Shown piece after piece: positions 29,835-39,906 of a stretch of 64,000 bases of DNA. Every line of letters starts with the position of its first letter. The stretch's first letter is position 1. The DNA is from a virus. Lineage: Duplodnaviria > Caudoviricetes. The position numbers and the translations under genes were made by a program. Location: the IMG/VR virus record IMGVR_UViG_3300037067_022526, positions 32,001 to 96,000 of that record. The stretch is one strand, 5' to 3'. The notes below the pieces were generated by a model. That model did no database searches. It was not told where the DNA came from and saw only the letters and a program-made list of their open reading frames with translations.

Positions 29835-31700
29835 ATGGCGGAAAGAAAAATATTTAATTTCAAATCAGAGATGCTCGTAGACCTGACTATTAAAAATGAG
29901 GGATATCATCCTGATACATTTGGCAGGACTTCGAATAAGTTTATATGGGCTACTTGTAGATTTTGCGGAGAACCATCTCGTATACGCAAGGGGCATTTTA
30001 TTAAGAAAGGTTCAGCTTGCCATAAAGAATGCCGATTCAAAGAACAAAGCATTTCAGGATCACCCTTTGCCGATCCAGAAGTCAAAGAAAAAACTCGACA
30101 AACCAACCTTGCTAGATATGGTGTGGAACATGCCAGCCAGAATAAAGAAATAGCCAAGAGGATATCTCAAAGCCGTATGACTGAAGAAAGTAAAGCCAAA
30201 TCTGCAAACACTAATTTGGATAGATATGGTGTTGTGAATCCCTTTCAATCAGAAGAAATCAAAGAAAAATGCAAACAAACCAACCTAGAGAAATATGGCA
30301 CAGAGCATGCCATGCAAAGCGATGAGATCAAAAAGAAAACCATTGAAACTCTGAAATCTAAGTATGGTGTTGACAATTTAGCCAGTATTCCGGGAGCGAA
30401 AGATAAAAAAATACTAACCAATATGGAACGATATGGTTGTGAAAACCCGATGCAGAGTGAAGAGATAAAGAGCAAAACAAAAGATACAAATATTAGCAAA
30501 TACGGTGTATCGAATCCAATGCAAAATGAATCAATACGACAGAAAGCCTACGAGACCAATATTGAAAAATACGGATATCCACATGCTCTACAAAACAAAG
30601 ACATTATGGCATCTGCGACCGCGTCATTCAAAAAATCAGTCATTGCAAACGAAAGCGGAAAATTTAATCTATCTAATGCTCTTCGAGGCAATAAATTCTG
30701 GGAAGCCATGAAAGAAGGAAAATCCATAAAACAACTATGCGAAGAATTTGATTTACAAGCCAATAGTTTAGGTGCTCGGCTTCTTAATCCTGAATTTGCT
30801 CAGCTTTATTATAACACTTATACCTTTCCCAAAAATCAAATGCAACGAGATGTGATGAATGAAATTCAGAAATATCCGATTACTATTATTTTTAATGATC
30901 ATAGAACAATTAAACCATTTGAGTTAGATATTTATTTTCCAGATAATAATTTTGCAATAGAATTTAATGGTAATTTCTGGCATTCTGAAGCATATCTATC
31001 ACAAGATAAAGCGAAAACTAAACATATAAATAAAACCAGACTATGTCAGGAAAAAGGCGTTCGTCTTTTTCATATTTTTGAACATCAATGGATTAAACGT
31101 AGATTTCAAATACTTAATTTCATTAAAACTATTTTAGGTGTTAATTCTATTAAAATAGCAGCTCGTAAATGTACTATAACAGAAGATATGTGCAAGAAAT
31201 TTTATGACGATAATCACATACAAAGTTGGGGTAAAAGAACTATCAAATGTTTTAACCTTGTTTATAATAATGAGATAGTTGCAAGTATGTCTGCTGCCTC
31301 TCATCATCGTCAGAATGTTGATAAGAATGCCATAGTTCTTAATAGGTTATGTTTTAAAGACGGCGTTAATGTTCAGGGTGGATCAACTAAACTATTTAAA
31401 CATTTCATTGACTGGGCCAAATCTGAGGGCTATAATAAAATTATTTCATGGTCTGACAACTGCTGGACCGATGGTGGTATATATAAAGTTCTGGGATTTA
31501 CGTTAGAAGAAGAATATGGTCCCGATTACTTTTATTGGGATAATAAAAACAGAATTACCAGATCTAAACAGAGTCAACAGAAGAAGAAAACCGGTTGTCC
31601 AGAAGATATGACCGAACGAGAATGGTGCATCCAAAATAATTTATATCGCGTTTGGAACTGCGGTAAAAAGAAATGGATCTTTAATCTTGTGGAGAAATGA
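29835..31700 (+). CDS. Free-standing Hef-like/PD-(D/E)XK endonuclease with tandem (K/R)YG(V)xN repeats
   Basis: About seven TNLxKYGVxNPxQ-type repeats; ELDIYFPDNNFAIEFNGNFWHS nuclease motif; GGAG RBS before ATG 29835. Confidence 0.7.
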   Translation: MAERKIFNFKSEMLVDLTIKNEGYHPDTFGRTSNKFIWATCRFCGEPSRIRKGHFIKKGSACHKECRFKEQSISGSPFADPEVKEKTRQTNLARYGVEHASQNKEIAKRISQSRMTEESKAKSANTNLDRYGVVNPFQSEEIKEKCKQTNLEKYGTEHAMQSDEIKKKTIETLKSKYGVDNLASIPGAKDKKILTNMERYGCENPMQSEEIKSKTKDTNISKYGVSNPMQNESIRQKAYETNIEKYGYPHALQNKDIMASATASFKKSVIANESGKFNLSNALRGNKFWEAMKEGKSIKQLCEEFDLQANSLGARLLNPEFAQLYYNTYTFPKNQMQRDVMNEIQKYPITIIFNDHRTIKPFELDIYFPDNNFAIEFNGNFWHSEAYLSQDKAKTKHINKTRLCQEKGVRLFHIFEHQWIKRRFQILNFIKTILGVNSIKIAARKCTITEDMCKKFYDDNHIQSWGKRTIKCFNLVYNNEIVASMSAASHHRQNVDKNAIVLNRLCFKDGVNVQGGSTKLFKHFIDWAKSEGYNKIISWSDNCWTDGGIYKVLGFTLEEEYGPDYFYWDNKNRITRSKQSQQKKKTGCPEDMTEREWCIQNNLYRVWNCGKKKWIFNLVEK

Positions 31701-32878
31701 TGCGAAAAAATTCATCAATAATTTTAAGAATTAGCCAAGAAGATAACTTGCTATTAGATGTTAAATCTAAAATACTTAAAACTAATAAGTCCCAACTGTT
31801 GTTAAATGGGGCATTTAATTATTGGAATGGTAGCGATAAAGAGTGGTCAGATAAGTTGCTTAAACTATACCAAGAGAGTGATACAAATAAATCCCACATA
31901 GTTAATATGGTATTCGCATACTATCGCAGAACAGGGTATCCTCACCGCAAATTATCTAATCAGGATATGATTAAAATTATGCACACTTTATCTTCCACTA
32001 AGAATCCACTGATAGGTAATGACCATTTGCAGACCAACAATGTGGGTATACCCGTAGCTAGTTGTTTCCACCCTCATATGATGAAAGTGCGATGCCTATC
32101 CAGGTATTTGTCTCCCTCAGAATTATATAATAACGACGAAAAGTTTAAAGACGCCATCAATCGTTGTTTTGAATTGGGTAACAAACCAAACGAAGCGAAT
32201 ATTCGCCGTATCCTCCGCACTCGTGACGGTGTCCGTAGTGCAGTTAATTTTAAGCCAGTTATAGCTAAATATATTTATCAGAACTATGCCCCCACCGGAG
32301 GTAAGGTCCTCGACCCTTGCGCTGGCTACGGTGGCAGACTAACCGGACTTATCTCTACTAATAAAAACCTTCTCTATCACGGTATAGACCCCTGCCCAGA
32401 GACCACAGTGGGTAACACCCAACTAGCAGCCTTCTATTCCCGCCTATACGAACCCATAACTAAAGAATTGCAGTGGAAGTTTAGGTTTCGTCACGATTTA
32501 GGTTGCGCAGAGGATGTCTTGCCCACTTTGCCAGATAAAGAATATGATTTGGTCTTTACTTCGCCACCTTATTTTAATGTAGAACAATATGACACTTTGC
32601 CTAATCAGAGCTACCTCAGATATCCTGATTATGAGTCCTGGCGGGATAAATTCTTATCTGTTTTAATCAAAGAATCTTGCCGGGTCTCCAAGCAGTATGT
32701 AGTATTAAATGTTAAAAACTATAAGAGCTATCCGATAGCAGACGATGCTCTAAAGTTTGCGGAGCAAATGGGATATGGAATACATAAGACTTACCAAATG
32801 AGATTAGCCAATAGCGAATTTCACAGAAGAGAGAGTGAACCGACATATCATGTTGAACCTATTTATGTGTTGTTGTGA
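31697..32878 (+). CDS. Amino-DNA methyltransferase (N4-C or N6-A) with possible N-terminal RHH-like segment
   Basis: Motif I VLDPCAGYGG and motif IV FTSPPYF. Confidence 0.85.
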   Translation: MMRKNSSIILRISQEDNLLLDVKSKILKTNKSQLLLNGAFNYWNGSDKEWSDKLLKLYQESDTNKSHIVNMVFAYYRRTGYPHRKLSNQDMIKIMHTLSSTKNPLIGNDHLQTNNVGIPVASCFHPHMMKVRCLSRYLSPSELYNNDEKFKDAINRCFELGNKPNEANIRRILRTRDGVRSAVNFKPVIAKYIYQNYAPTGGKVLDPCAGYGGRLTGLISTNKNLLYHGIDPCPETTVGNTQLAAFYSRLYEPITKELQWKFRFRHDLGCAEDVLPTLPDKEYDLVFTSPPYFNVEQYDTLPNQSYLRYPDYESWRDKFLSVLIKESCRVSKQYVVLNVKNYKSYPIADDALKFAEQMGYGIHKTYQMRLANSEFHRRESEPTYHVEPIYVLL

Positions 32879-33239
32879 TTCACTCCCCTCCCCTTCATAG
32901 AGGAGAATCACCGATAATTGGGTGTTACCCACTACGGTTTCGTTGCAATTCACTCCCCTTTTCAGGGGAGAAACACCGTGGCATAAGGAGAAACAGCAGT
33001 GGCAAAGGTTGCAATTCACTCCCCTTTTCAGGGGAGAAACACCATTGGCGCATTGTTCTGTTGCCATGTCGTTGTTGCAATTCACTCCCCTTTTCAGGGG
33101 AGAAACACCCATCGAGTGATGTAGCGGTGAAAGCGTCGGTTGCAATTCACTCCCCTTTTCAGGGGAGAAACACCTTTATCTTTGCTGCTGCGTGGCCGTG
33201 GCCGTTGCAATTCACTCCCCTTTTCAGGGGAGAAACACC
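32872..33239 (-). CRISPR. CRISPR array 1: five identical 36-bp repeats plus one degenerate terminal repeat, five spacers of 29-30 bp
   Basis: + strand repeat GTTGCAATTCACTCCCCTTTTCAGGGGAGAAACACC at 32942, 33008, 33074, 33139, 33204; degenerate copy 32872-32912. Confidence 0.97.
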
Positions 33240-33350
33240 CGAGCACTCATAACTTGATATAATTCAGCACCTTATGAGTATTCAGGGTCACAAATTTTGA
33301 GTCGCCCAATTCACTTTTCAAAGAACACTTCCCATTTTCTACGAATTCTC
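33240..33350 (-). promoter_or_regulatory. CRISPR leader 1
   Basis: Near-duplicate of 36162-36275; contains the inverted repeat ACTCATAA/TTATGAGT. Confidence 0.75.
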
Positions 33351-33380
33351 AGTATATTGTACTTGCTCTGCTGCTAAAAG

Positions 33381-35687
33381 TCAAATCAATTCTTCCATGT
33401 ATCCCAAAAATTCAGTATCGTATTTTCCTGACCACACACACATTCCAGGTATTTTTTCATAGGGTTTAGTATAGTTTAAAATCGTTTTAATATTGCCTTC
33501 GAAAATTTGTACACTATTTCTAACTATATCTGTCGATGTTGGATATTCGATATTATCTATGTTTTCTGGTTTAACTATAACAGTTATTTTATTATTAGGT
33601 ATAACCTGATAAATGTCACCAACATCTTTCATGTATTTTTTTTGTTCAAAGCTCATTAAGCTCCCGATTGTAACAACTTTGTTATTTAAATTGCCAACTA
33701 CATTAAGATTGCCTATTTCATCTTCCATTGCTTCTGCGCAATGTTCTGGTCCTATTTTTCCGAGAGCGTAATATTCTCGAAAAATTTTTGCTCCATCTCT
33801 GAATTCTTTGTTTTCAGTAAAATCATCTAAATCTAACTCGAAAACGTATAGTGTGGAATCATTAAAGACATTATCTCGATTGATTCGACCAGCCAATTGC
33901 AAAGCACTATTTAAATTGCAGTTTTCTCTGAAACCATTTCTGAAAGAAATGTTTATTCCAGATTCTATGCACGATGTTGCAATTAATATGAAATTCTCAT
34001 CGGAACTTAATCGTGATTTGATATCTTCTAATATGACCTCTCGATCTGTAGCACAAAGTGCTGTGGACATGTGTAATACATGTTCACGCCCAATTATCTT
34101 TGATATTGTTTTTGCAACCAATGCTGCGTTTTTGACAGTGTTAAAAACCGCTACTACCGGACCTTTGCTGCGCTCATTTATAACAGCATTACAAATTTGG
34201 GGTAAAGATAGTTTATTCCAATGCCCGTTATCTTGTATGCCGCCTAATTGCTTTATTGTAACTCTGGATTTTTCTTGTTTAAGAGTTATCTCTGAAATCT
34301 CTGGTGGAACTATAGATGGGACATTATAATCAAAACCATCTAAGACATATTTTCTAAATCGCTTGATTTCCCAAGGCTTCGTCATAGACCCAGACACAAA
34401 CAGTACTCGGCATCCCATATTTTCAACTAACCATTTTAAGTAATATAATGTAAGTGGCCACAATTTTGAGGGCAGGCAACAATGAGACTCGTCAAAAATA
34501 ATGAATTTACCGGCTAAATTGAGATACTTTCTAAGCTTTTTAGGTGTGTATCCAGCCAAAGTTTCACAAAATTGTACTGCGGTTGTGCAGGTAATTGGAC
34601 AATTCCATGTCTGTGTATAAAGTTTTGCGGATAGATCATGTTCAAAATCTACTCCAAGATGATGCTCTGCAACGGTTAATTTATCATCTTCTTCGGGCAA
34701 AACAATTGCTTTTCTATAAGTGTCTGCAGTTTGGCTAATAATATTAGTATAAGGTGCAACATAAATTATACCTGACATATTATTAGTATTAACAGTATGT
34801 AAAGCATATGCCAAAGATGATAAAGTTTTGCCATTACCAACTTCACTAGCAAGATATGTAAATGATGCGGAAATTTCTGAATGTCTACACGATTGATATA
34901 TAGCTTGCCTTATTTTGTTCCTCTCGGTTTCTGCTGAAAAGCTACTAACATATTTATCTAGTTGTAGTAATCTTTCATTTGCTTTTATTGGGATTGTGTC
35001 TTCTACTATGAAGTTCTTGTAATTTTTAGCAGTGTCATAGTAGTCTGCTGTTACGAGTACGCTTAATGCTAATCTTGATAGTGGAGCACTAATATTCTTG
35101 TTATAATTCATTCCGCTTTTCAGAGGAGAAACACTTAGGGGTTCAACTAAATTTATTTCTTTTTTATGAAGTTCCATTAGCTTGTCTAATTTTGCATCGA
35201 CATATTCGCTCATGAGCATGTCTGTTTCTTTTACCCACGGACATCTTTCCCCTAGTAAATTATTATCTCGAAGGTCATCGTATAGATTTTTTTGGTATCC
35301 GAGATGATGAGCGAAAACAAGCCATGCTGCGTACCTATATTGATCTGATAAAGACATGTTCCCGTTTTGTGCTGCCTTGTCACATTGACTTATCAGATAA
35401 GACACACCGGCATCAACATGATTTGGCATTTTACAATTTAATACTTTACCACTTAAAACCATTTGACAATAAGGATCAAGCTTCCCTGTGTCATGGTACA
35501 AAATTGCGGTTAATAAATGACATTTTAGAAAATTATAATGATCTTCTGATATGAATGATTTTAATTTTTCTATTTCTTGCTCTGCTTTTAAGTATACACC
35601 AGATATATGATCAATAAAAGATTGTTCTGGAATGTTTCTTTCCAAATCTGCTGAATGGGCTAAGTTACAATTCACTCTACTTTTCAT
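33381..35687 (-). CDS. cas3: Cas3 HD nuclease-helicase
   Basis: AHS...H...YHDTGK HD domain; VGNGKT; IFDESH; ATSCIESGINI; QLAGRINR. Confidence 0.93.
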   Translation of the reverse strand: MKSRVNCNLAHSADLERNIPEQSFIDHISGVYLKAEQEIEKLKSFISEDHYNFLKCHLLTAILYHDTGKLDPYCQMVLSGKVLNCKMPNHVDAGVSYLISQCDKAAQNGNMSLSDQYRYAAWLVFAHHLGYQKNLYDDLRDNNLLGERCPWVKETDMLMSEYVDAKLDKLMELHKKEINLVEPLSVSPLKSGMNYNKNISAPLSRLALSVLVTADYYDTAKNYKNFIVEDTIPIKANERLLQLDKYVSSFSAETERNKIRQAIYQSCRHSEISASFTYLASEVGNGKTLSSLAYALHTVNTNNMSGIIYVAPYTNIISQTADTYRKAIVLPEEDDKLTVAEHHLGVDFEHDLSAKLYTQTWNCPITCTTAVQFCETLAGYTPKKLRKYLNLAGKFIIFDESHCCLPSKLWPLTLYYLKWLVENMGCRVLFVSGSMTKPWEIKRFRKYVLDGFDYNVPSIVPPEISEITLKQEKSRVTIKQLGGIQDNGHWNKLSLPQICNAVINERSKGPVVAVFNTVKNAALVAKTISKIIGREHVLHMSTALCATDREVILEDIKSRLSSDENFILIATSCIESGINISFRNGFRENCNLNSALQLAGRINRDNVFNDSTLYVFELDLDDFTENKEFRDGAKIFREYYALGKIGPEHCAEAMEDEIGNLNVVGNLNNKVVTIGSLMSFEQKKYMKDVGDIYQVIPNNKITVIVKPENIDNIEYPTSTDIVRNSVQIFEGNIKTILNYTKPYEKIPGMCVWSGKYDTEFLGYMEELI

Positions 35688-36161
35688 GGAAGAAACACCT
35701 CAATAGTAAGACTTTCAGTTGTAATTCACTCCACTTTTCAAAAGGGGAGAAACACCACGCCCGCCGATCTTTCCGCCGTCGGTTCCGTTACAATTCACTC
35801 TCTTTTTTCAGGAGAGAAACATCAAGTGTCAGCGTCATGTTGCAAGTCTTTCAAAAAATTAGTTGTAATTCACTCCCCCTTTCGGGGGAGAAACACCTCG
35901 TGATTTATGTTACCTATGCACTCGGCGGTTGCAATTCACTCCCCCTTTCGGGGGAGAAACACCTATACCCGAGTGGGGTACAGAAGTTGGCGTGTTGCAA
36001 TTCACTCCCCCTTTCGGGGGAGAAACACCCCCGCTCGTATAACATACCGTAACTGCCAGGTTGCAATTCACTCCCCCTTTCGGGGGAGAAACACCCGTCC
36101 TGAGAATCAAGCAATGCTAGGTCTAGTTGCAATTCACTCCCCCTTTCGGGGGAGAAACACC
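35664..36161 (-). CRISPR. CRISPR array 2: five canonical and three degenerate repeats
   Basis: GTTGCAATTCACTCCCCCTTTCGGGGGAGAAACACC at 35928, 35994, 36060, 36126 (one-base variant at 35862); degenerate copies at 35664, 35718, 35787. Confidence 0.95.
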
Positions 36162-36275
36162 CGAGCACTCATAACTTGGTATAATTCAACACTTTATGAG
36201 TGTTTAGGGTCACAAATTTTGAGATATTTGGTTTACTTTTCAAAGAACGCCTCTCGTTTTTTGCGAATTCTAGCT
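36162..36275 (-). promoter_or_regulatory. CRISPR leader 2
   Basis: Homologous to leader 1; IHF-like ATTCAACACTTTA. Confidence 0.7.
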
Positions 36276-37250
36276 CAGATCATGTACTTCAAAACTGAAT
36301 CCACATTCCGCAGCATTGGGTACATTGTAATCACTTAGACATATTGGTTTGTCGTTTTTTGCAGTAGGCTTAAGATTATTTATAAATTCAGTTTCTTTGA
36401 AACTTCCAATAGTATTAGAATGGTCTGCCCACCAAACATGTTGTAAATTCATCGAACCCGATGGACGTGCACACGAAGACGATGTTTCGAAAATATGTGG
36501 TAGTATTTTCTTAAGAATATCAATATCTTCTTGGGCAGCATTGGTCAGATGGGCACAATGCGGGTTGACGGAAATTAGTTGATAATACATGCCGTGACGA
36601 ATAAATTTTAGCGCATTTGGACCTATATCTCCAGAAGGATCTTTATCTTTGATCGTTCTTCCTGTATCTGTTGCCAGATGATCTGCGCTTAATGGCGACT
36701 TTTTTGTAACACTTGCCTCGATAATTTCCACTGGCGCAATTGAACACCCGACACCAATCGAAACACATCCAGTACGAACAAATCGAGGTTCTTCTTTCTT
36801 TTCCTTCTCTAGCCCATCTGGTAGAGCTGTTGTTCCGAAAATCCTGACATCAAAATATCGATTTAAAAAGGCTTCAGGGTCAGACTTGGCTAGCGCCATT
36901 GCTTTTCTGGCACATTCAAGCTCTGATGTTCCAGCGTACCCTTTGTTGCGGCTTTCAAATACATACAATCGTTCAGGGTCAAGATTGTCTCTCTTTACAA
37001 AATCCTTGAAAACCGGATTATCATGATCGGACAAGAAATCCCTGATCTTCCTTTTAATAGACATTGGTGATACCCACCCATATCCATCTGGAAATGTGCG
37101 TGGAGCATTTCCTACATCCGGGTCTCCGTTGGGATTTCCACAAATTACTTCATACACTAGCATTCCAACACTGCGATTCAATTGATACATTTTTTTCTCC
37201 AAAGTTGAATTTTCTGTTACGATCGTTTCTGATTTAATTGACTTATTCAT
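36270..37250 (-). CDS. cas7: Cas7 (Csd2, type I-C)
   Basis: GNPNGDPD...NAPR, SIKRKIRD, YFDVRIFG; start moved to ATG 37250 behind a GGAG RBS. Confidence 0.93.
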   Translation of the reverse strand: MNKSIKSETIVTENSTLEKKMYQLNRSVGMLVYEVICGNPNGDPDVGNAPRTFPDGYGWVSPMSIKRKIRDFLSDHDNPVFKDFVKRDNLDPERLYVFESRNKGYAGTSELECARKAMALAKSDPEAFLNRYFDVRIFGTTALPDGLEKEKKEEPRFVRTGCVSIGVGCSIAPVEIIEASVTKKSPLSADHLATDTGRTIKDKDPSGDIGPNALKFIRHGMYYQLISVNPHCAHLTNAAQEDIDILKKILPHIFETSSSCARPSGSMNLQHVWWADHSNTIGSFKETEFINNLKPTAKNDKPICLSDYNVPNAAECGFSFEVHDLS

Positions 37251-37716
37251 TGTTTTCTCCATTCGGATTTTCCACAGACACTTTTTCAAGATCAACACCG
37301 ATCTCTGACTTGACTGATTTTGGCGACCTATAAGCATATCCCATTTCCAGGAGTATTTTATAAATATCAGGATCAAACTCATTAAATTGGTTAACGCTCT
37401 TAAATTGATTATTATGTAAATCAGGCATTATATTCATAAGTTTACTAATTATTTCTTTATATTCTCTGATTGGCAAATAACCATGTTTATATGGCTCTTT
37501 TTCTTTGCGAATATAATTTTCTGCCCAACATTCGTACTTAGAAAAGTTTCCTATAAATGTTCCTAGCGCTCGTTTTGGAAATTTATATGCTTGCTGTATA
37601 TATTCTTGTCCGATAAGCTTTTGAGGTTCATTTATCCCTCTACTCTTAAAATATATTCGGTGAATATTGTTTGCTTGACTAAATAATTGTCCCATTAAAA
37701 ACGGCACACTGTTCAT
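37243..37716 (-). CDS. cas11: Cas11c, translated internally in frame from cas8c
   Basis: Internal AAGGAG-N6-ATG just before NSVPFLMGQLF, the arrangement known for type I-C. Confidence 0.65.
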   Translation of the reverse strand: MNSVPFLMGQLFSQANNIHRIYFKSRGINEPQKLIGQEYIQQAYKFPKRALGTFIGNFSKYECWAENYIRKEKEPYKHGYLPIREYKEIISKLMNIMPDLHNNQFKSVNQFNEFDPDIYKILLEMGYAYRSPKSVKSEIGVDLEKVSVENPNGENNE

Positions 37717-39186
37717 GATCATCTCCTTTGTAAAACCATTTTTACTCAAAACAATCCCCGAAATTGGCACCAGCCATTGCCGTTCATACGGCATTTTTTC
37801 TAATTTACCATCAGAACACTCAATTAGCATTTTGGTATGATTTTTTGCAAATATGCGAGTAACTTTTTTAATTGCTTTTTCGTTTTCGAAAAAGAAGTCG
37901 TATATATCTGAAATTGTTATATACTCTCGCTCTATAATAGATGATATTTTATTACGATCATTTTTCCATATTTTATTAATACATTTAGAAAAATTAGAAA
38001 TAGTTGGCGGGAGAAATTTGCCTTTGCAAACAAATTTAGACGGACGAGTTGATGTTCCGGATACCCATTTGTTTACACAATTAGCAATATTTTTTCCATT
38101 CATTTCTTTATGATATTTAATTTGACACGCACCATTTTTGGGTATAAATAGGACAAAAATTGAACATTGAAATGGTGTTTTATTAATCTCACCGTTTAAC
38201 ATGTGAACAATCTTTTTGCCCTCTGCCTCCCATTGTTCAATATCCATTTGGTTGGATTCTTCTGTTCGACCCTCAATCCAGTCAGATGAAGGTGATAGAG
38301 TAGTAATAACCAAATCTCTTCCGTTGTCTTTTTGGATATAATACCAGAGACCATTTCGAGTGCCTTCTTTTCCTAAATTGTTATAATAAAAATTCTCAGA
38401 TACAATAGAATTGATGATTTTCAGTATTTGTTTGCGAGTAGAATTTCCGATTTTGCACGCATTTACACCAGACATGCCAAATCGTTCATAGCATTCATTA
38501 TCCTCATTTTTAGAATAAAGTTTTATTGTGCCGACGCCGCAAGGGAGCTTGGTTTCAAATGTTTTTGATTTATTTTCCCACCCATCGGCAGGATTGTTGA
38601 GTATGTCGATATCGATAGATGAGTTTGTTTGTTTAGAAATAAGCCAATCATTCACCACCTTCATTGACTCACTATTTTGAACCTTATTGGAAAATTTTAA
38701 TTGTTTCCAATCTGGAATGTCTAGAGAAAAATAACAACTTTTGATCTTTTTATCTTGTTGTGAAATAAAGTCATCTAATTTGTTCATTAAAGCATTTGGA
38801 TCAATTCGAGATAATCTATTGGATAATTCTTTGAAAGCACAAAACCTATCTTGATCATCTATATGTTTAGATATATCGGAATGGCAATATAAATGATGTT
38901 TAATTCCATTCAGTCTTTTCTTAGAATCTTTATTAGTGTCATATTTGAAAGTAAATCCAGATGCAAAATTAGAGTATTTAAAATATCTAAGATCGGAAGC
39001 AGACTCAGACTCAAAAGGTTCGATAGCGATATCAAGATTCTTATCAATTAATATAAGAAAACGTTGACCGTTATTATTTTTGGGCATTTGTGGATGCCAC
39101 GTTGTATCGTTTGTGTTTGATAAATCCCCAATATTCAGACCCCAGCTTTTTAAACTTTCTTCAATTGATAATATTTCATGCAACAT
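37243..39186 (-). CDS. cas8c: Divergent Cas8c large subunit
   Basis: Position between cas5 and cas7; 647 aa; C-terminal PFLMGQLFS helical domain. Confidence 0.7.
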   Translation of the reverse strand: MLHEILSIEESLKSWGLNIGDLSNTNDTTWHPQMPKNNNGQRFLILIDKNLDIAIEPFESESASDLRYFKYSNFASGFTFKYDTNKDSKKRLNGIKHHLYCHSDISKHIDDQDRFCAFKELSNRLSRIDPNALMNKLDDFISQQDKKIKSCYFSLDIPDWKQLKFSNKVQNSESMKVVNDWLISKQTNSSIDIDILNNPADGWENKSKTFETKLPCGVGTIKLYSKNEDNECYERFGMSGVNACKIGNSTRKQILKIINSIVSENFYYNNLGKEGTRNGLWYYIQKDNGRDLVITTLSPSSDWIEGRTEESNQMDIEQWEAEGKKIVHMLNGEINKTPFQCSIFVLFIPKNGACQIKYHKEMNGKNIANCVNKWVSGTSTRPSKFVCKGKFLPPTISNFSKCINKIWKNDRNKISSIIEREYITISDIYDFFFENEKAIKKVTRIFAKNHTKMLIECSDGKLEKMPYERQWLVPISGIVLSKNGFTKEMIMNSVPFLMGQLFSQANNIHRIYFKSRGINEPQKLIGQEYIQQAYKFPKRALGTFIGNFSKYECWAENYIRKEKEPYKHGYLPIREYKEIISKLMNIMPDLHNNQFKSVNQFNEFDPDIYKILLEMGYAYRSPKSVKSEIGVDLEKVSVENPNGENNE

Positions 39187-39203
39187 TTTTAATCTCCATT
39201 TAA

Positions 39204-39887
39204 TTATTTATTTAAATTTTCGTTTTCAAACTTTAGAATTCCATTGGCTGCGATTACTTTCTCGGGACCAAGTTGTAAAATTCCATGAGCGATTCGCAAA
39301 GTTTCTGTTATTGGAAATTGCATAATATATCCATTTTTTTTGTCAAAATATTGTAGGACATATCCGTGTAAAATTTCATTATAATCAGAAATTATGGGAG
39401 TTATAGGTAATCCGACATAATCAGAAAAAAAGTCGCTCGGACCAAGTGTCGGCATTCGATAATATTGTTCTTTACTTAATCGACGATAAAATTGATCGCG
39501 ATATGAATGGGCACAATTAATATGTGCGTATTTTGGGTGAGGTGGTTCTACGGTAGACCTTTTGGCGGTTGCACAAATTTGAAATCTAGGGCGAAGCAAA
39601 GCTGTAGCTTTTATTTGACATGCATTTCCATCTCTTTTCTGTCCTTCTTTTCGAATTGATGACCACGAATTAAAAGCATAATCTAAATATTCTGGTCGGT
39701 GACATATCCCGATAGCTTCTATTTGTATGGATGCACTTTTAACTCTTAAAATTGACTGCATTATACCAAATGCCGCAGTGGGCGTAGGAACTGGATAACT
39801 ACATGGTTCTGATCCGCTATCAGGTCTGGCGAACATGCCTATGGGTCCGCCAACCTCGAATATGATTCCGTAAGATTTCTGGTACAT
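39204..39887 (-). CDS. cas5: Cas5 (Cas5d-like, type I-C)
   Basis: FEVGGPIGMFARPD...SYPVPTPTAAFGIMQSI; AAGGAG RBS before ATG 39887. Confidence 0.9.
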   Translation of the reverse strand: MYQKSYGIIFEVGGPIGMFARPDSGSEPCSYPVPTPTAAFGIMQSILRVKSASIQIEAIGICHRPEYLDYAFNSWSSIRKEGQKRDGNACQIKATALLRPRFQICATAKRSTVEPPHPKYAHINCAHSYRDQFYRRLSKEQYYRMPTLGPSDFFSDYVGLPITPIISDYNEILHGYVLQYFDKKNGYIMQFPITETLRIAHGILQLGPEKVIAANGILKFENENLNK

Positions 39888-39906
39888 TCTGAATCTCCTT
39901 TCAAAC

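Noticed and set aside
32804-33252. ORFs overlapping array 1 (likewise 35837-36338 over array 2)
   Set aside because: Translations of repeat-spacer units, not genes
36096-36125. Spacer similarity to 45451 (CGTCCTGAGAA)
   Set aside because: Only 11 nt match; compatible with chance
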